A stretch of DNA of 63,541 nt, counting the filler, from Thraustochytrium aureum (lineage: Eukaryota): NCBI GenBank assembly GCA_012862495.1. It is 4 parts of 3 records of this genome, joined end to end, with 100 filler letters (N's around TTAATTAATTAA, not from the genome) between each part and the next. Parts side by side here need not be neighbours in the genome. Positions count along the whole stretch, not along the records: positions 55,261 to 63,541 come from BLSG01000233.1; 3 more parts are not named here. One strand, 5' to 3'. This document shows, piece after piece, positions 59,644-63,541 of the stretch (within the stretch, counting starts at the first letter, position 1; every line of letters begins with the position of its first letter). The notes under the pieces were generated by a model. That model searched no databases. It was not told the DNA's origin and worked only from the letters and a program-made list of their open reading frames with translations. The position numbers and the translations under genes are program-made.

Positions 59644-60302
59644 ATGGCGCGACGGAAGGACCCGGCTCCAAAGCACAAGGACGAGCAGACGGGACCTGCG
59701 TTCGCCACCGAGGCGCCAAAGGAAGCCCGCGCGGGCGAGGCGCTCGCAGGGGCAAAGAAGGGCCATGGCAGGGTGCGGCGGAACGTGCCGAACATGCTGA
59801 CGAGCGTCACGGTCGCCTGCGGGTACTTTGTTATGGTCTCGCCGCAGGTCCCTTGGGCAACGCCGGCCCATATTGTGGGTGCAGTCGTGCTTGGGTTGGT
59901 GACCGACATCTTGGACGGCGTTGCGGCGAGGGCGCTCGGCGTTAAGAGCGAAATTGGGGCAAACTTTGACATGCTGGCGGACTTGACGCTTTCGGACTTG
60001 CGCCGGGAGTCTACTTTGCCCAGGCCTTTGGCAGGCCCGAGCCCGCGGCGTGGCTCTGTGGGTTTTGCTACGCGCTCGGCTCGGTTTACCGCATCGCGCG
60101 CGAGATGAATGTGCATCAGGGCGCCCGGCCGCTGCACTTTGTCGGGATCCCGACCAACCTGGCCGCCTTTGTGCTTGTGCCGTCGGTGGCCTTGTTCACT
60201 GAGCACGAGATTGGTCTGCACGTTCTTTGTGTGTTGCTGACGGGAATGATGGTTAGCACGGCTCACGTCCCGAAAGGGCTCTGGATTATTGACATCAAGT
60301 AG
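59644..60302 (+). CDS. CDP-alcohol phosphatidyltransferase, PssA/Cho1-type phosphatidylserine synthase-like; frameshift near 59988
   Basis: 'VPNMLTS' and signature 'DILDGVAARALGVKSEIGANFDMLAD'; after a 1-nt correction 'AFGLAPG..YRIARE..FVGIPTN..MMVST'. Confidence 0.82.
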
Positions 60303-60417
60303 GTGTTTATTTGGCCTCACAAGCCCAATGACGACTTGCCGTTGCTGCCCGTCAAGGCCCGCTTGCAAAGCCCGCTCGCAGAAGAGGGCCGTTCGCGGGC
60401 CTCGCTTCGCCATCGCG

Positions 60418-61474
60418 CTAGAGGCGCGATGGCGTGACGAAAGCGGCCTCCCAAGCGGCGAATTCGCTTTGCACCCGCAGCCGGTCCTGGCCAGAACCGA
60501 ACATCATGTCCCAGCGGCCTCTTTGCCAGGGCCACAACCTCCCTCTCCGAGAGCGAAAAGGAAGTTGCTACCATTTCGAGCTCGCGTGACAGCGTGGTCT
60601 GGAACACGCCGGCGTCGTCCGTGCAAACGCACACCGGAGAACCAGCCAAAAGCCAGGCCCCGAGCCTTGGGTGCTCTCGAAGATCCGAGAGCTCAAGCGT
60701 CTTGCAGTTCGAAGTGGGACAACACTCGACGGGGATGGAGCCTGGCCGCCCCGCTGCTTGCGCGAGCTGTACTGCCGCCTCCGCGGGCAAGAGGAGCGCA
60801 TGCCCGACGCGGTCTGGGCCAAAGGAAAGGATGTCGCGGACCTCCTGCGCGTCGTCGAGCTCCCCAAGGTGCACCGTTACACGCAAGCCAGCGGCCCGGG
60901 CTTGCGAGAGGACAGGTACAAAGTCCTTGAATCGCCCTTTGCTGGGGTTGCCTGAAAAGTCGATGCCAACCACCGCTCGACGCTCCCGCTCATCCAGCCC
61001 ATGCAGAACCGTGTTGAGGACCTGGCGCGCCTCTTCTGGCCCGCTCGCCCGGTTAACCGACACAATGTAGCGCAGCGTGATGCCAAGGTCTTGCTCGGCG
61101 CGGCGGAGCTCGTCCAGCACTGCTTTGACGTACGCGAGGCGCGTCAAGGCCGAGGTCTCCCGCGGCGTGGACCTGAGCTCAACATAGCAGACCCTGTCCC
61201 TTGCAAAGTCCTCAGCAACGCTCCGCGCCAAAAGCCTCAGCGCTCTCTCATCCTGCACGAGCTCATGGATCAGGTCAAACAGCGCGAAGCAGTCTCGCAG
61301 CGACCTCGACTCGAGTTGTCGAACCCCGCGAAGCGCAGCGCGTTTCAACTCCGACGCGCCCTGCAGCTCCGCCAGCCGCTCCAGCGCCTCCACGCGAGCC
61401 GAGCCGTGCAAGTGCGCATGCAGCTCCACTTTCGGCACGCTCGCGCACAGCCTCGCCAGCTCCGCGGCCTCCAT
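60418..61474 (-). CDS. ADAL: Adenosine deaminase-like protein (ADAL/MAPDA family); frameshift near 60511
   Basis: 'PKVELHAHLHGS', 'DCFALFDLIH', 'YVELRSTPR', 'GIDFSGNP', 'VHLGE', 'PDRVGHA', 'VECCPTSN', 'VCTDDAGVF'. Removing one G gives the C-terminus 'LDMMFGSGQDRLRVQSEFAAWEAAFVTPSRL*'. Confidence 0.92.
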
Positions 61475-61580
61475 CGCGGCCGCCCACACCACGCGTTTCA
61501 ACTTTCTTGCAACAGACTCTGGAGCTCCTCGCATCACGCCGAAAACATAGGCCGGACAGAACCCTTCGCGTGCATTGGGC

Positions 61581-61836
61581 GGAACGCGCGCCCAACCCAC
61601 AACAATAGAGGGGAACGCGCGCACAATCCACAACAATAGAGGGGAACGCGCGCCCAACCCACAACAATAGAGGGGAACGCGCGCACAACCCTCAATAATA
61701 GAGGAAAACGAGCGCACAACCCGCAATAATAGAGAGGAACGCGCGCACAACCCTCAACAATAGAGGGGAACGCGCGCACAACCCACAACAATAGAGGGGA
61801 GCGCGCGCACAACCCACAACAATAGAGGGGAACGCG
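61581..61836. repeat. 31-bp minisatellite, at least 8 copies, running into an N gap
   Basis: Consensus GGGGAACGCGCGCACAACCCACAACAATAGA, head-to-tail with few substitutions and no spacers. Confidence 0.95.
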
Positions 61837-62114
61837 NNNNNNNNNNNNNNNNNNNNNNNNNNNNNNNNNNNNNNNNNNNNNNNNNNNNNNNNNNNNNNNN
61901 NNNNNNNNNNNNNNNNNNNNNNNNNNNNNNNNNNNNNNNNNNNNNNNNNNNNNNNNNNNNNNNNNNNNNNNNNNNNNNNNNNNNNNNNNNNNNNNNNNNN
62001 NNNNNNNNNNNNNNNNNNNNNNNNNNNNNNNNNNNNNNNNNNNNNNNNNNNNNNNNNNNNNNNNNNNNNNNNNNNNNNNNNNNNNNNNNNNNNNNNNNNN
62101 NNNNNNNNNNNNNN

Positions 62115-63428
62115 GGCGGAGGAAAAGAAGGACTCGCTGGAGGACGATGCGATCTGGGGCGACCAGGACGAAGGCCTCGACGATGAGATCACCAGGATGA
62201 GCACGCAGGACCTCAAGCAGCGGCTGCAGCTGATTGAGAACGAGATCCGGCTGTTCAACTCGGAGAGACAGCGGCTGACCCACGAAGAGAACAGCAACAA
62301 AGAGCGCATCAAGGAGAATCTGGAGAAGGTGAAACTGAACAAGCAGCTGCCGTACCTCGTGGGAAACGTGGTGGAGCTGCTCAAGCTGGACAAGGACGAG
62401 GAGGAGGAGGACGGCTCGGCGATGGACGTCGAGGACCAGCGCAAGGGCCAGTCGGTCGTGATCAAGACCTCGACCCGGCAGACATCTTCTTGCCGATCAT
62501 CGGCCTCGTGCCGGCGGACGAGCTGCGGCCCGGCGACCTCGTGGGCTCAAACAAAGACTCGTACCTGATCCTGGAAAAGCTCCCCGCCGAGTACGACTCG
62601 CGAATCCGCGCCTTCGAGGTGGACGAAAAGCCGGTCGAGACGTACAACGATCTCGGCGGCCTCGACAAGGAGATCAAGGAGCTGATCGAAGCCGTGGTGC
62701 TGCCGATGACGCACAAGGAAAAGTTTGACAACATTGGCATCAAGGCGCCAAAGGGCGTGCTCTTGCACGGGCCGCCCGGCACGGGCAAGACCTTGCTGGC
62801 CCGCGCTTGCGCGGCCCAAACGGACGCGGTGTTCCTCAAGCTCGCCGGGCCCCAGCTGGTGCAGATGTTCATCGGGGACGGCGCCAAGCTCGTTCGGGAC
62901 GCCTTTGACCTCGCCAAGGAGAAGTCCAAGGGCCGCGGAGGGGCGATCATCTTTATCGACGAGATTGACGCGATCGGCGGCAAGCGGTTCGACAGCGACC
63001 AGTCGGGCGACCGCGAGGTGCAGCGCACGATGCTCGAGCTGCTCAACCAGCTCGACGGGTTCAGCAACGACGAGAATATCAAGGTCATCGCGGCCACCAA
63101 CCGGCCCGACGTGCTCGACCCGGCGCTCATGCGGTCGGGCCGCCTCGACCGCAAGATCGAGCTTCCGCACCCGACGGAGGCTGCGCGCGCCAAGATCATG
63201 CAGATCCACTCGCGCAAGATGACGGTCGACTTTGACGATGTCAATTTCGAGGAGATTTCGCGTTCTTGCCAGGACTTTAACGGGGCGCAGTGCAAGGCGG
63301 TGTGCGTGGAGGCCGGCATGCTGGCCCTTCGCGAGGACGCCAAGTCGATCAAGCACCGCCACTTTCAGGACGCCGTGGACGTGGTCATGGCCAAGAAGAA
63401 GTCGCCCAACGTAGCCTATTGGAGCTAG
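62115..63428 (+). CDS. RPT5: 26S proteasome AAA-ATPase subunit RPT5 (PSMC3); start in gap, frameshift near 62483
   Basis: '[23 protein letters not shown]', 'VIKTSTRQT(I)FLPIIGLV', 'GPPGTGKT', '[24 protein letters not shown]', 'DEIDAIG', '[20 protein letters not shown]', '[10 protein letters not shown]'. Confidence 0.98.
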
Positions 63429-63484
63429 CCAGTCACACCAAGCACTTCCCCGCCCCCCCCCCCCTTTCCCTCGCCCGCGGCGCT

Positions 63485-63541
63485 CGCGGGCGCGTACGGA
63501 CGTTGGCAGTCAGAGCGCCGCGGGCGCGTACGGACGTTGGC
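63485..63541. repeat. 23-bp direct repeat (34-bp period) at window end
   Basis: CGCGGGCGCGTACGGACGTTGGC at 63485-63507 and 63519-63541. Confidence 0.7.

Noticed and set aside
61581..61836. CRISPR array
   Set aside because: Units are directly head-to-tail with no unique spacers, there are no cas genes, and the context is eukaryotic.
61534..61836. Repetitive hydrophobic ORFs (RVPLYCCGL..) as an N-terminal extension of ADAL
   Set aside because: These are translations of the 31-bp minisatellite; ADAL homology starts at ATG 61474.
1..63541. Alternative genetic code or stop-codon reassignment
   Set aside because: TAA, TAG and TGA all end recognisable genes at the expected positions; ORF breaks are explained by frameshifts and introns, not in-frame stops.

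Overview
GC-rich, gene-dense nuclear DNA from a unicellular eukaryote, not a prokaryote or virus. It has short spliceosomal GT-AG introns with a CTGAC branch point and the standard genetic code. Recognisable eukaryotic genes include proteasome RPT5, NBAS/Sec39, Vps72/YL1, BRK1, DNAAF4, a PKA regulatory subunit, LMF and a PARP. The gene set suggests a flagellated protist, possibly a heterotrophic stramenopile such as a labyrinthulomycete (inference only). The window is a draft pseudomolecule: many N gaps, plus three 100-nt linkers (N44-TTAATTAATTAA-N44) at about 25.8, 49.9 and 55.2 kb that join four unrelated scaffolds. At least a dozen single-base frameshifts, mostly in short homopolymer runs, interrupt otherwise intact genes, most likely sequencing error. 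The most notable features are: (1) a stand-alone, intronless BLUF blue-light photoreceptor with all photocycle residues intact; (2) a PARP with WGR-WWE-WGR-regulatory-catalytic architecture; (3) an insulinase/nardilysin-type M16 peptidase with an apparent Tudor-like insertion; (4) an NBAS C-terminal acidic-tryptophan 'lasso'; (5) an intron-split BRK1 and a TAF1C/Rrn6-like gene that are easy to miss.
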